Source: Schmidtea polychroa (taxonomy: Eukaryota). Taken from it: DNA of 64,000 nt. How positions within the stretch are numbered: the stretch's first letter is position 1; each line of letters starts with the position of its first letter. The notes beneath the pieces are model-generated. The model made no database searches, was not told where the DNA came from, and saw only the letters and a list, made by a program, of their open reading frames with translations. The position numbers were made by a program, and so were the translations under genes. This document shows, piece by piece, positions 1 through 11,456 of this stretch. The stretch lies in NCBI GenBank assembly GCA_044892525.1, contig CM097885.1:40736001-40800000 (forward strand), in the 5' to 3' direction.

Positions 1-9
1 CAAAAGCAC

Positions 10-1848
10 TTGCCAATAACAGCAGGCATGTTATTAATTAATAATTATAATAACACTAGATTTTATTATGAGTTTGTTGGTGATGATTGTGTGTTGTCTT
101 TCTTGCGTAAGGTGGAGGAAATTACTGTCACAATTGTCCTGCCATATTACGAAATTAATGGGAAAAAGCCCATGCAAACCTTGTCTTTCGTTCAACAGCA
201 GGCATATAGAGATTCCAGAACCTGTTACCTTTGTAAAAAATTCATTAGAGATAGAGTTAGAGACCATTGCCACTTCACATGCAAGTACCTTGGTGCTGCT
301 TGTAGGAAATGTAATGTTTCTCGGCGAATTCAGAGACAGTTACCAGTTGTGTTTCATAATTTGAGGGGGTATAATCTCCATCATATTTTGAAGTATGGCT
401 TGAATAATTTTCCTTCTTGGGAATTAAATATTATTCCGACCACTACAGAAAAATTCATCTCTCTCATCGCGTATATTAACAAATTGCCTGTTCGTTTTAT
501 TGACAGCATGCAGTTTGTTAATTCATCTTTAGCAAAAGCGGTTAAGACTCTTTCCGATCTGCCTTTAACTTCTTCTGTTTTTGATGGCGCAATTGTTCGA
601 TCCAAAGGTATCTTTCCTTATGACTTCGCTACATCGCTTGAGGTTCTGGAATCGACTCTTGAACTACCTCCGATCTGGGATTCTGTGTTTAATGATGAGT
701 ATGCATTAGCCCAAGTTATTTGGACTCAGCAAAACTGCAAAGTTGAGAAGCTGATGCTCACGCATTGGCCGAAGAAGAACCATGTTCTTCATTGGCGACT
801 TCTCAAGTTGTATATAGAATTGGGGGCTATTATTAAAAAAGTACATAGGGAAATTAAATTTAATCATGCACCCATTTTTAAATCGTACATAGACAAAAAC
901 ACTAATTTACGAGCCAATTCTACATGCGAGCTGCACAGAGATTTATATAAGCTATTTAATAATAGTTTGTATGGGAAATCCGTGGAAAACCTTAAAAAAC
1001 GGATGAATTTGAGGCTATGCAATTCAGCTGAAAATATGATTGTATATGCTTCAAAACCTACTTTCAGAAAATCTATCAAAATTGCTGATGATCTGATTGC
1101 GGCTCATCTGGATAAAGATTCTATATGTTTAGACAGGCCTAGCTATATTGGTCAAACAGTGTTAGATTTGTCTAAACTAAGAATGTATCAACTACAATAT
1201 GTGGAATTGGCCAAGTACAGGTCTGAATTTAATTGTGATATAAATATCGTTGCCGGTGACACTGACTCCTTTTTCTTAGAGATAAAGCATTGTAAGCTTG
1301 ACACTCTTTTGCCCGCAATGATTCGTGATAATCTTTTAGATACTAGCAACTATGACCCAACACATCCCTTATACTCTAGAAACCTTGATTCTGTGATAGA
1401 GAAGTTTAAAGATGAAAGTAAAGGTTTAGGGTATAAGGAGTGGGTTTTCTTAAGACCTAAGTGTTATAGTTTGTTAGGGGCTAAAGATCATTTAAAAGCA
1501 AAGGGAGTCAAATTGATAGGGACTGAAATTAGACACCAGTTTTATTTAGACTGCTACAACAACAGCGTAGTATATACGGTGCCACAAACTAGAATAGGGA
1601 CGCGCAACCACCAGCTTCTTACGTTTAAAAATACCAAGATTGCATTGTCAAACAACGATGACAAACGATTATGGGTGAGGAAAAATTCCAGTCTCGCATA
1701 TGGGCATTATTTAGGACTAGATGCCTTAGATGTTGATCAAGTAATTTCAGAAATTCGTCCACTATTAGGAGGTCGAAGTCCAGATTTCAATGAGGCCAAT
1801 GATGACAATGATATTGATATGACGTATTATTATCGAATTGATCTGTGA
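10..1848 (+). pseudogene. Protein-primed family B DNA polymerase (Polinton pPolB) with a large in-frame internal deletion
   Basis: Motifs CYLC..RDHCH..G.AC..CN, VFHNLRGY, FIDS, KGIFPY, motif B KLFNNSLYGK, motif C GDTDS, KFKDE, LRPKCY, KAKGV, DDKR. The ExoIII and motif A (DxNxLY) region is absent between VIWTQQNC and KLML. Confidence 0.9.
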
Positions 1849-1952
1849 TTTAATATATCTTTTAATGTCTTAATTTATTGTCATTTTTTATGAAAACTAA
1901 TAATAATTTCGTATATCTTTGTAATAATAATAGATAAATAAATTAAAAAAAA

Positions 1953-2007
<55 letters not shown>

Positions 2008-2030
2008 GTAATAGTAATTTTAATAATAAT

Positions 2031-2123
<93 letters not shown>
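1953..2123. repeat. (AAT)n microsatellite
   Basis: Direct observation. Similar tracts lie at about 4232-4420, 10172-10340, 21802-21898, 22192-22254, 39745-39841, 40731-40906, 42733-42786 and 55718-55962. Confidence 0.95.
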
Positions 2124-2125
<2 letters not shown>

Positions 2126-2426
2126 CCTTGCGAGTTGTTGAGTGTGACCAGTACCTTTGTGAGCAATACCCATAGGGGGACAGAATATCTTGTCGGATAA
2201 ACTCAGAGTATATATAATAATAATCCCTGTGTTTCAAAGACCTTTATTTTCAAATAATAATATCTCTTGTCGGGAAATCTCAAATTTCAAATTAAAAAAA
2301 AATGAACTTTACATTAAAAAATTTGACCTTGAAAAGAATTTTAAAAATTTCTCCTAGGGGGTGGGTGCGGTGTGGGGGTATGTGATCTAGCGGAGTCCTG
2401 ATCTAGCGGTGCCCTATCTATCTACT

Positions 2427-2757
2427 GTCACTAGATAAGATGAGTAGAAACCTATTCCAAATAGTCCCATCATTCAAATATCATCTTCAGTACGAAGCGC
2501 TCTCATGAATACCTTAGTTCAAGATCTTGTGATTGTTTTCGATTTATTGATCAAATCTGCCTTTGTCATTTCGATTACGGTGTCAATAATATCTATCTTT
2601 ATTGGAAATAATTTTAATCATTAACTCATTGGTGGTATCAAAAAATGAATTTGAACTGACATCACGCTAAAGGATTTCTTTGTCGGAATAAAATAATCGT
2701 TAATAATTCTCCACAGTTGAGCGATTTCTGCTTGAAATGTTAGCGTCTCCTAGTCAT
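2427..2757 (-). pseudogene. HSP90: HSP90 N-terminal ATPase domain pseudogene fragment
   Basis: Minus strand translates ETLTFQAEIAQL...FYSDKEIL*RDVSSNS...IIDTVIEMTKADLINKSKTITRS*TKVFMRALRTEDDI*MMGLFGIGFYSSYLV, matching HSP90 FQAEIAQL / YSNKEIFLRE / DTGIGMTKADL / IGQFGVGFYS, with stops and frameshifts. Confidence 0.9.
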
Positions 2758-2893
2758 TCATTTATTTCCAATTAAAAAAAGATAGACACGAATTATACAA
2801 TTTCAATAGATATTATTAATTCTTCAACTAATTTAAATTCAAAATATATCCACAAAATTCAAATTCCAAATAATAAATCCAAGAACAAGAATT

Positions 2894-2980
2894 CGCACAC
2901 AGACACGAAGAACTAATGATGAAAAACGCGCACACAGACACGAAGTACTAATGATGAAAAACGCGCACACAGACGCGAAC
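2894..2980. repeat. 35-bp tandem repeat, about 2.5 copies
   Basis: Unit CGCACACAGACACGAAG(A/T)ACTAATGATGAAAAACG repeated head to tail. Confidence 0.85.
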
Positions 2981-3049
2981 ACAACAATACACAATCGGTC
3001 GAAACAAATTGTTATAGCTTTTATCGAAACTATTCAAAAATCGCCTTCA

Positions 3050-3640
3050 AAATAACTTGTTCTAATCTTTAGGCAAGGCATTACACATGTAAAAGATTAG
3101 GGATAAAAGTTTCGTATATTTTTAACAACCTTCAACATATAGCTTGAAGCATCTGAAAATCTCAATACCAAATTGTGATTTCGTATGCAATACTTCTCGA
3201 GATTACTAAAAATGATAACATTGAATTTTTGTTATCTTTTATTTTGACAAAATCAATACAATAAATTTGTTTTTTATACGATTCATCCACAATTATAAAT
3301 ATTTCTGATTGCGCAAATATAAAACAAACCTTCTACTCAATTCTTCAGTGATTAAATGTACACTTAAGACATCCACGAGGGGTACTTTGAAAAAGAAAAC
3401 CTATTTTTAATGGCTGAATTTTGCAATTTGCAGCTAAAAATGCCTCAACAGTCGTATTAGAAGCAACATCATTAGAAAAGTATAAAAATATTTGGATCTT
3501 TGGTCATTTAGCGATGAATGTGTTTTTGAGCTTATGTGTTAATCATTTTGCAAATCTTTTTCCCTGTTAACAAAACACGAATATATTTTACAGTATAAAC
3601 AACTTTGAAAACCAAAAATAAACACAAAGAATAGACTTAT
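3050..3640 (-). mobile_element. Degenerate hAT (CGGBP1-like) transposase remnant
   Basis: Fragments LYCKIY...HISSKTH (BED-like), EAFLAAN, IIVDES, SDASSYMLK and LHV*CLA occur in the same order as in the element at 51.0-52.6 kb. Confidence 0.65.
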
Positions 3641-4231
3641 TATAGATAATTAAACAAATTACACAAGGTAGTTATTCAGATGCTTTTAAAAAATTGTTTT
3701 TTTCCAAACTGTCTAAAAGTAAAATTACGTAAAAAAGTACCGTGTAAGTCGAGGGATGAGTATACATTAATTATTCGGATTTTCAAAGCATAATATAGAG
3801 TTAGGCAATCCAATATCTCAACACAATTACATTACAATTACTATGTAAATTATCCGAAAGCAAGTTTGTTAAAGTCATTAGAATTGATACTTCACTTTAA
3901 AGTAAAATAAATAGGATTATAAATAAATATTTAATGGCAATAATACCCTGAACACCTTTTTCAATTTAATTCTTATATAAAGATGTCATGTGCATTTTCT
4001 AGATGATTTGAGCGTACGTTCATGATCTGTTTCATTTTCTTATACTGTCTCTCTGGACTGACACGGCCTGGTATTGCATCAGGCTATCGGTCCAATGGGA
4101 CTGAGAAAGCAGTCAACTTGTTAAATATAATATATATTTGCTTTTATTAAAAAATTTGAAAATATTAATATTATATTCAATTTAATATTTTTATACATTT
4201 TAAGAAGATTTCAATTTAAATGTCATTATTA

Positions 4232-4422
<191 letters not shown>

Positions 4423-4720
4423 TCTTTATACGTGGCAATGGTTTAATTATAAGATAACGCCAATCAAACATTCTTTTCACGATATATTTCGACAGTTTTC
4501 CTGTCATCATCATAAAAATAAAGGATTTTAAACAATTTTATTAATTATTCAAAAAAAATTTTTTTTATTCAATAAAAACATTTAATTATTTTTAAAAATT
4601 ATAATTAAATTAATATATTATTTTTAAATTTTAGCATTCAGAATTTAATTTAATAATTTAAAAAATTTTATTAATTATTTAATTTAACACACCAATCAAT
4701 CCATACAATATACAAAAAAA

Positions 4721-6600
4721 TTATTTAAAAACATTTAAAATACAAGTATTCACTGCATTCTGCACATTAATTTTCGTATTCAATGACTTTATCAACAACG
4801 CCTCACAAATCACATGTTTCCAATAATTATCGAAATGTTTTAATAAAATTTTAAAATTAGACATACCTATTTTCAATCTTACAGCTCTTATTGTGCTCAC
4901 CAATATGGGTCAAAGCCTTCGGTCTACAATGTTCTCGAGCTCGAATACAGAGATGACGGGAAGTCTCTCCAATGTATGTGGCATTACACCCATTACATGT
5001 AAACTGATAAACGAGATCGGAACACAATTCAACCGGAGTTTTTGACTTATTAATAAACATATTGCGTACATTCCATGAAGTTGACACTATCCTATAGTTT
5101 AAATTCCCTAACTGCTTTCTCATCTTCACTTTATAATCCTTAAAACCTTCTGAGTACGGCAATACTAACACAAATTTAGGCTCATCATCCTTGCTCTCAC
5201 TATTTAATTTAGTTAACTCATCAGACTCACAAACCTCAACATCACACCCAGATTTTCTCAAACATGGATCCTTAGGATTTTTAATAAATTTGTCAACAGT
5301 CTCTTTTACCATAATTAATAAAAAGGATTTTGAATAACCTTTCTTTATTAACAATTCAACCAATTTGTCAACACTTTTTACTGAATTTTAAAAAGTAGAA
5401 CACAAAGACCATGAACGATAAATCAACCCCTTCACCATATTTCTTTTATACTTGAATTCACAAAAACTTTCGGATGAAGTATAGAGACCAGTATCTGTTG
5501 GTTTTCTATAAATCTCTGTCTCATAGTGTTTTTCTTTGCGTTGTATTAACAGATCCAATAAAACAAGTGATGATTTTTTCTCATTTTCACATGGTATTAC
5601 AATGTTTTATGTAGACTATTTATATAATGCAAAAACGGATCAACATGCCTCTGATTTTCAAATATAAGATAAATATCATCCACATACCGTTTATAAACAG
5701 TAGGTTTCATACCTTGGAAAGATGCAATTTTCTTTTCTTAGCTTGCTGAAAAAATTGAAGCCATCGTTGGTGCTAAAGGAGAACCCATAGCAACTCCATC
5801 TATTTTTTGATACCATTCATTATTGAAAAGAAAATTGATTTTTGAATTAGCAAATACAAGAAGTTCACAAAATGCTGTTTTATCCAAAATATGATGTTCA
5901 GAAATGTTTTCATTCCATAAAAAGCAACATAATTCAATTGTTTCAACCAATGGTACATTAGTAAACAGACTACAAACATCAAACGAAACCATTGTTTCAT
6001 CAACACTTTGTCTATCATATTGTGCAATGCAGGAAACAAATTCAAAACTACTTTTACATTCAAATTCTGATCGTATTAATGGTTTCAATAATCCATCCAA
6101 AAATTTGGCTATTTTATACTGGGTAGTGCCAATCATGGACAGGTCTCATAAGCACGCCATCTTTATCGATTTTTGGAAGCCCATACATTTTTGCTGGTTG
6201 TGACTTTATTGGGAGAATAGATTTAAACAACTCATCAATTTCATCAATTTGCTTATTTTTAATTAATTTATTCAGTATCTCTTTTAACAAATTCCCATCC
6301 TTAAGAGGAGGCTGTATTCCATTTTTTCAAGAAATCTCTATTTTCACAAACTGGGGAGCATTCAAAACATCATTAAGCTTATTCACATATACATCGTGGT
6401 TGAAAATTACAAATCCATTTCCTTTGTCAAACTTATATATATATATATTGATGTCTTTTTTAACTAATTTTTTTAATACAGTAAAATCGTTAATATTCTG
6501 CTTTTTATTTTTATCAATATACTCCATCGTACTCGAACTCAGCACACTATTCACATAATTAGTATTAATATCCTTCATCGATCAAAGTATATGAAAGTAT
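4721..6600 (-). pseudogene. Penelope RT / GIY-YIG endonuclease ORF, broken
   Basis: ORF pieces 6327-6578, 5738-6136, 4857-5363 and 4721-4903 are collinear parts of one polyprotein. Confidence 0.88.
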
Positions 6601-7265
6601 AAACTTAGCACATAATTTTGTTTCATGAATTCTTTTCTTAATGAAATGATTGGGACCAAATTTCAAAATCCTCCTCTTCAGACAAAAGAACTTTACTCAT
6701 GTTTATTATTGTATTCTCTGCACTAAATTTAGAGATCCCAAATAATTTTCTCAAATTTTTTATTTATTAATATGAGCATTCTCTTTTGATTTTAACTGAG
6801 AAATTGAATTTTCAATACACCATTCAACACATACCTGCAAACAAAACTCATTTGTTATTTGATTCAAAGTAAATCCTTAGTGAGCTGCAAGATTAAAATA
6901 GGTATGTCTGATTTTAAAATTTTATTAAAACATTTCAATAATTATTGGGAACGTGTGATTTGTGAGGCGTTGTTGATAAAGTCATTGAATTCAAAAATTA
7001 ATGTGCAGAATGCAGTGAATACTTTTATTTTAAATGTTTTTAAATAATTTTTTTTGTATATTGTATGTATTGATTGGTGTGTTAAATTAAATAATTAATA
7101 AAATTTTTTAATTTATTAAATTAAATTCTGAATGCTAAAATTTAAAAATAATATATTAATTTAATTATAATTTTTAAAAATAATTAAATGTTTTTATTGA
7201 TTACAAATTTTTTTTTATATGATTAATAAATTTGTTTAAAATCCTTAATTTTTATAGTTATTATA

Positions 7266-7310
7266 TCCAACCTGATGATGACAGGAAAACTGTCGAAATA
7301 TATCGTGAAA
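7266..7310 (+). ncRNA. Minimal type I hammerhead ribozyme motif in the Penelope pLTR
   Basis: CTGATGA(7272-7278)-T-GACAG/GAAAA/CTGTC-GAAA-TATA-TC: intact core, stem II and palindromic stem III; stem I is weak. Confidence 0.7.
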
Positions 7311-7433
7311 AGAATGTTTGATTGGCGTTATCTTATAATAATAATATTGTTGTTACTATTATTAGTATCATTATTATTATTATATTTCTAAATAATAAAT
7401 AAATGAAACAAAAATTCAAAATATATTTCCTTT

Positions 7434-8429
7434 TCATTTCTTGGGTATCTTTATATGTTTTTCATTATTTTCAAAAGATATTTTAAATTTCTTCATTCTA
7501 TTGCATTTACAGGTCAACAATTTCAGCATTGGAACCCTGAACTTGGAATTAAGTGCTCCATGAATGATCGGATTCATGCTGGAATTGATCATGGCCATCC
7601 AGGTGATGATTTTATGAACAATCGGATAAATTGGACCTTGATATTTATCAATATAAACGTGAACGCAATACGGAGTCCAGCATGAATTGAATACTATAAA
7701 TGTTACCAATGCACTGAGAATTGAACGTATTTCTTTATTCTTCCATGGATTATATTTAGTGTTTTCATTTTGGGAATTGTTCGTAGAAATCGACTGAGTG
7801 ATCTTTCTTTTAATGACAATCATGTTATAAAAAATTGCTACATAACAACAGGTTGCAACCAAACTGGGAACGGCTACACCAAACACAGTAAATATGACAC
7901 TGGCTAAAATAGGAGAATAATCATCCCAATAAAAACAAATGAAAGAATTAGGAATATAAAGAAATGAATTAAAGAAAATCAAAATAAAACCGAAACCCAA
8001 CCAGATCGCCCATATAATGCATGAATAAATAATTATTTTCCATTTTGTAAAATATTTGTGATATTTCATTTTATTTAAAATAAAATATCGTCTATTAATG
8101 GCAATAAACATAAAATTAAAATTCGCTATTCCTGCACAAATGAAAAACAAAAATCCGTTAATTATACAAGTTACTGATTTGACATCTGCTAAACAATTGA
8201 ATCTGTAATACGTTGTCCATGGCATGATGTAACCGCAAATAATCATGTCAGCCAATGATACTGATCCGATAAAAATGTTCATGGACTGTCTCATACTCGA
8301 GAACACAATCATGGACAACAAAATCAAAATATTACCAAATGATCCGAAAATTGAAAAAAATATTAAAATTATAACATCAAATGATTGCAAACTTGCTTGT
8401 GAACAAACAAAAGTCACAGTAGAATTCAT
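7434..8429 (-). CDS. Intronless class A (rhodopsin-like) GPCR, melatonin-receptor-like motifs
   Basis: 331 aa with seven hydrophobic segments; GN (TM1), SLAD (TM2), IAINRRY (TM3), W (TM4), P (TM5), CWTP (TM6), NSSMNPIIH..LNSKFR (TM7/helix 8); N-terminal NST sequon. Confidence 0.93.
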   Translation of the reverse strand: MNSTVTFVCSQASLQSFDVIILIFFSIFGSFGNILILLSMIVFSSMRQSMNIFIGSVSLADMIICGYIMPWTTYYRFNCLADVKSVTCIINGFLFFICAGIANFNFMFIAINRRYFILNKMKYHKYFTKWKIIIYSCIIWAIWLGFGFILIFFNSFLYIPNSFICFYWDDYSPILASVIFTVFGVAVPSLVATCCYVAIFYNMIVIKRKITQSISTNNSQNENTKYNPWKNKEIRSILSALVTFIVFNSCWTPYCVHVYIDKYQGPIYPIVHKIITWMAMINSSMNPIIHGALNSKFRVPMLKLLTCKCNRMKKFKISFENNEKHIKIPKK

Positions 8430-10170
8430 TGAAATTATTATAAAATTGCTATTTAGGGGAATTTATTCATTCATCTTCTATTAGAAAATCGTAGAAGAAA
8501 TTTATTTTGATGAAATATTAAATAAATTTGAATCCAAGCAACTTATTATTTTTTTGAAACAAGAAAATTAACGAAATATGAATAAATAATTATTTGAAAT
8601 ATTTTCATTAAATATTACGAAACAAATTCCTGATTGGTCAATAATTGAAGAATAAATCACGTTCAGAGAACCGATTGACTAATAATTATTTTGGATAAAA
8701 TCTTTCTATCACTTGAATATTTAGTTATTATTATCGAAGATTTTACATAAACATTAATGTAAGATATATTTCCAAATATTATTATATATTCGGATATTTG
8801 TGGTTTGTTGAAATTGTATAATTACATATTATTTATATTTAGTTAAATTATCCATATATATTATATTGAAAAATTGTTTATGTTTTAATTATATATTCTT
8901 AAAACAACTTTTGAATAAAGTTAAAACTTCTAATAATTAATTTGCAATTTTGAAAATTTTTTTTTATATTTTGTATTATACATATATTAAAATGTAAAAT
9001 ATTTTTTACAGTTTAAAAATATGTAAAAGATTTAAATAAAAAACGTCAAATAAAATTGATATATTATGATATATTTTGACATATTAATTGATTTTCGAGT
9101 TATTCAATTTCTAAGTAAATGTTTATTTAATAAACAAAGACAAATTATTTGATAACATATTTGATAAATAATAAAAATAAATTCAGCCAATAAATTAAAA
9201 ATTTTTGAATATAACTGTAAAGTCGAACATAAGCATTTTTTATCTCTTTTTCTATTTTTATAAATATTCTTCATGTCCACGACTTTAAAACTCTTCTACA
9301 AATCAGTTGTTTATTTATTCTGTCATGTAAATAAAAACGCAGTTTTGCTGTCACTAATTGCTTCTAACTTTCACGCAAGATATATTTTCTATTTTTTTCA
9401 GGTTTACGAGAAATGATTCAAAATTTGTAAAACTTTCAATATAGAGGTTAAAAGTATCAATTTTATATTTCCAGAACATGTTCAGGTCTCAAACTGTACT
9501 TTCACAATCGTCGAATCCCATTTGCCAACTTTCTTAAATTCAATATGAATAAAATAATACTAACTTTTTAATATCTGTTCAGTCGTCGGAGATTCTTTAA
9601 AGTTTCACATTTGACATAATAAAAATTAACGAAACAAAATGTCCATACTTCAAACCTAAACTCAAAATTCTTGAATCTCAAAACCATATATAGAGGTTTT
9701 AATAAATAGCCGAGTTCCAAAATATTTGGTACCATAAAATGATGCAAGCGTGTCTTTAAAATTAGATGACCTAAATACATGTATAAAATAAGCCTCTTAA
9801 CCACCAGAACCATCTGGTTATTCTACACCAAATTTAAGATTTCAGTCAAAGATTCTTTCTAATAATTTTTGTATGTGGGCTCGCATCAAAAATATAGACC
9901 ATAAAAAATATGTTTGATTTGCTATTAGCATAATACATTAAGTTTGAAAACGACTGAATGCAATTTTGGTTTTGCAAATTAAAACATAAAAGTGAATATT
10001 AAAATTATAAATATTTATATGTCATGCAAAGTCATAGAAATGAATAATATTTTGCCTTGAAAGTTACTTTAGCAAATATCACAAGACTCGTTTTAAGAAC
10101 TGATTTTCAGAGCCAATTTGTTGAAACAATTCAAACCTTCAATAGTCAAGCAGATATCGGAGATTGCTTT

Positions 10171-10340
<170 letters not shown>

Positions 10341-10509
10341 TCAAAGGATTTCCCGAATATGAGTGGCTAGACATAATAAATCTATGAAAATAGATATCAA
10401 AATGCTAATGGGTTTTCACAGTCAATTCCAATAGTTAAATGTAACAAAATTCTAAGTTAAACATAATTTCTTAATAATTTGTTTTAAATATAATAAAATA
10501 AGAATTTAT

Positions 10510-11456
10510 TAAATTATTATATCAGCAATCACATCCTTACATCATATATTTCATTATCAAGTTATATTTATTAAAATTGTTTCATAAATTGTTTACATAT
10601 ATATTTATATCTATAGCTATGAAAATAGAAAAAAAATATTTTCAAAATTTTGAATATAAATGATTTTAAAATAGTTTTTTAAATGTTTAACCAAATCTTT
10701 TCATGTCAAAAGAATAAAGGAGTTTGGTTCATGTATTTAAAGAAGAAAACTTTGATTGAAAATTAGAAAAGAAATATTTTAGTTTTATTTATACATAAAA
10801 GGTTTACTGGTTCAATATTAATTCAGATTATATTTAAATTTTGTCTACAGAAAAACATTAACTGTCATTTTCAATATTTTACACAATGTTAAAGACTGAA
10901 AATTTTTTCAAAAAAACAAGTCTTTGTTCTTATTTTTTTTTGACTTCCAACATCCTTCTTAGAAATTGACAAATATATTTTAGGTAAATTAAAATATTTC
11001 TCATGACTTCAAATATCTACGAAAATAGAAAAAAATATTTTTAATTTGTTTTAATGATTCTATTTGTATAAAATATAAAAAAATTTAAACTTCATTGGCA
11101 ACATAATATAAAGAACATGGAAAACTCTACAACAAAATCAGTTTATTTATTAATCAATTTCAAATTAATATTAATTTAATTGATATATTTGTTTATATGT
11201 GTAATTAAATAATTTTTACAAATTCATAAACGTCTTCATTCAAAATGGCGGCAATAAAAAAATATAAATTTAAAATAATCATAATATTTGTTTACCTTAT
11301 GCTAAGAAGAACAAAAAAAGAAATTGAAATTGCAAAAACAAAAATAAAATTTAACACAAAATTAACGGATAACTGTTTTGTAGTGAGATATTTATTTTTA
11401 CTGAACCTGGTCATATTTAGAAATACATAAAAATGCCGTTATTTACCAACATTAAT
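10510..11456 (+). repeat. Dispersed ~950-bp repeat; inverted copy at 45248-46194
   Basis: Continuous reverse-complement similarity, e.g. the ORF pair MAAIKKYKFKIIII / MVSIEKYKFKIIII and the shared CAATCACAT.CTTACATCATATATTT. Confidence 0.9.

Larger units (their letters stand above)
1..2426 (+). mobile_element. Right end of a Polinton/Maverick element (left part outside the window)
   Basis: Contains the pPolB ORF, followed by a G-rich subterminal tract and the terminus ...CCCTATCTATCTACT at 2426 (reverse complement AGTAGATAGATAG), matching the Polinton 5'-AG...CT-3' short-repeat ends. HSP90-like sequence begins immediately after. Confidence 0.8.
4446..7339 (-). mobile_element. Penelope-like retroelement (RT + GIY-YIG) with an inverted pLTR at its 5' end
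   Basis: RT motifs FDKGNG, SFDVCSLFTNVP, GVAMGSPLAP, RYVDDI and YRKPTDTG; GIY-YIG motif VYQFTCNGCNATYIGET; frameshifted. 4446-4887 is an inverted copy of 6882-7339. Confidence 0.92.

Noticed and set aside
4045..4102. HDV-like ribozyme suggested by the CAATGGGAC 3' end
   Set aside because: There is no room for the P1/P3/L3 elements of the nested double pseudoknot.
9395..9550. Splice-like signals suggesting tiny exons and introns
   Set aside because: No consistent open frame across them and no recognisable product.
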